DNA of 64,000 nucleotides from an uncultured bacterium. Lineage in GTDB: Bacteria; Verrucomicrobiota; Verrucomicrobiia; Limisphaerales; UBA8199. Positions 63,437 through 64,000 of this stretch are shown here, piece after piece. The notes under the pieces were generated by a model, which had not been told where the DNA came from, made no database searches, and saw only the letters and a program-made list of their open reading frames with translations. The position numbers and the translations under genes are program-made. The stretch is from positions 416,001 through 480,000 of the forward strand of contig CAVVMW010000014.1 of assembly GCA_963749495.1 (NCBI GenBank). Direction: 5' to 3'. Every line of letters begins with the position of its first letter. Within the stretch, counting starts at the first letter, position 1.

Positions 63437-63718
63437 ATGGCAACCAAGACTATCCGGGTGGCGCTGCCGGACGAGTTGAGCGGCTTCGTTCAGCGTGCGG
63501 TCAAAGGTGGACGATATCAGGACGCGAGCGAAGTCGTTCGCGAGGCCCTTCGCCGGATGGAAGCGGCCGAGTTGGCGGAAGAACTTAGACAATTCGAACA
63601 CGCCTTTGCGGGGGGACACGACCGGGCTGAGACCGAGGAAGAAATCCAGCGCGTGGAATCCGCCGTGCGAGACGGTCGCAAGAGGAGATCGCCGTCGTTT
63701 ACGATACGGCAGTCGTGA
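63437..63718 (+). CDS. Ribbon-helix-helix antitoxin (ParD/CC2985-like)
   Basis: TIRVALPDELSGFVQRAVKGGRYQDASEVVREALR. Confidence 0.85.
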   Translation: MATKTIRVALPDELSGFVQRAVKGGRYQDASEVVREALRRMEAAELAEELRQFEHAFAGGHDRAETEEEIQRVESAVRDGRKRRSPSFTIRQS

Positions 63719-64000
63719 TCAGCGCGATCGGCTGGCGTGGCCCCGCCCACCGTTGCCTGGCGCTGGTCGCCTGGCGGCGCCGCAGGCTGCTACTCTCGGC
63801 TGACATCAACGCCGAATATGGATCGCGCGTCCCCGCTGTGCTCGCCCAAGAGGCGCCGCAGCCAAACGCGCTTGGCGCACTGGCCTGGATCCGGGCCAAA
63901 GCTCTCTGGGTGGAACCTGCGCCGCTGGGCAAGCAGCGCTCGCGGGACATCAAAGACGAGCGGTTCATCGCGGCGGCGCTGGCCGGCAGCGCCAAGGCGA
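63685..64000 (+). CDS. PIN-domain toxin (partial, runs off the window; start codon apparently mutated)
   Basis: My translation: IAVVYDTAVVISAIGWRG...AEY...RSRDIKDERFIAAALAGSAKA, with the PIN acidic residues. Confidence 0.8.

Overview
GC-rich 64 kb bacterial window. It is most consistent with a Verrucomicrobiota (Pedosphaera-like) genome, inferred from the H-X9-DG prepilin-like protein, the CotH/lamin-tail giant protein and the secreted Ig-domain proteins. Left part: DUF5131 and dinB among gene fragments, a ~3,600 aa CotH/lamin-tail/Ig surface protein with eight 288-bp tandem repeats, a YhcG/DUF1016 nuclease whose linker is built from DNA palindromes, and a glycan cluster (GH95, GH114/PelA-like, Ig/carbohydrate-binding protein). 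Middle: an ATPase plus ATPase-wHTH-TPR pair and three heavy-metal-type RND efflux permeases with their adaptors and outer-membrane factors. The standout is at the right end, where two fluoride riboswitches lie on the minus strand. The first heads a cation:proton antiporter-USP-enolase unit. The second heads a translationally coupled operon: small P-loop ATPase, dynamin-like GTPase, unknown protein, metallophosphoesterase fused to a dimeric dUTPase-like domain, second dynamin-like GTPase. No Fluc/CrcB or CLC-F exporter is visible in the window. About eleven genes are split by small indels, mostly single-base and often in short homopolymers. These look like long-read assembly errors rather than true pseudogenes. 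All calls come from motif recognition by eye; no database searches were run.
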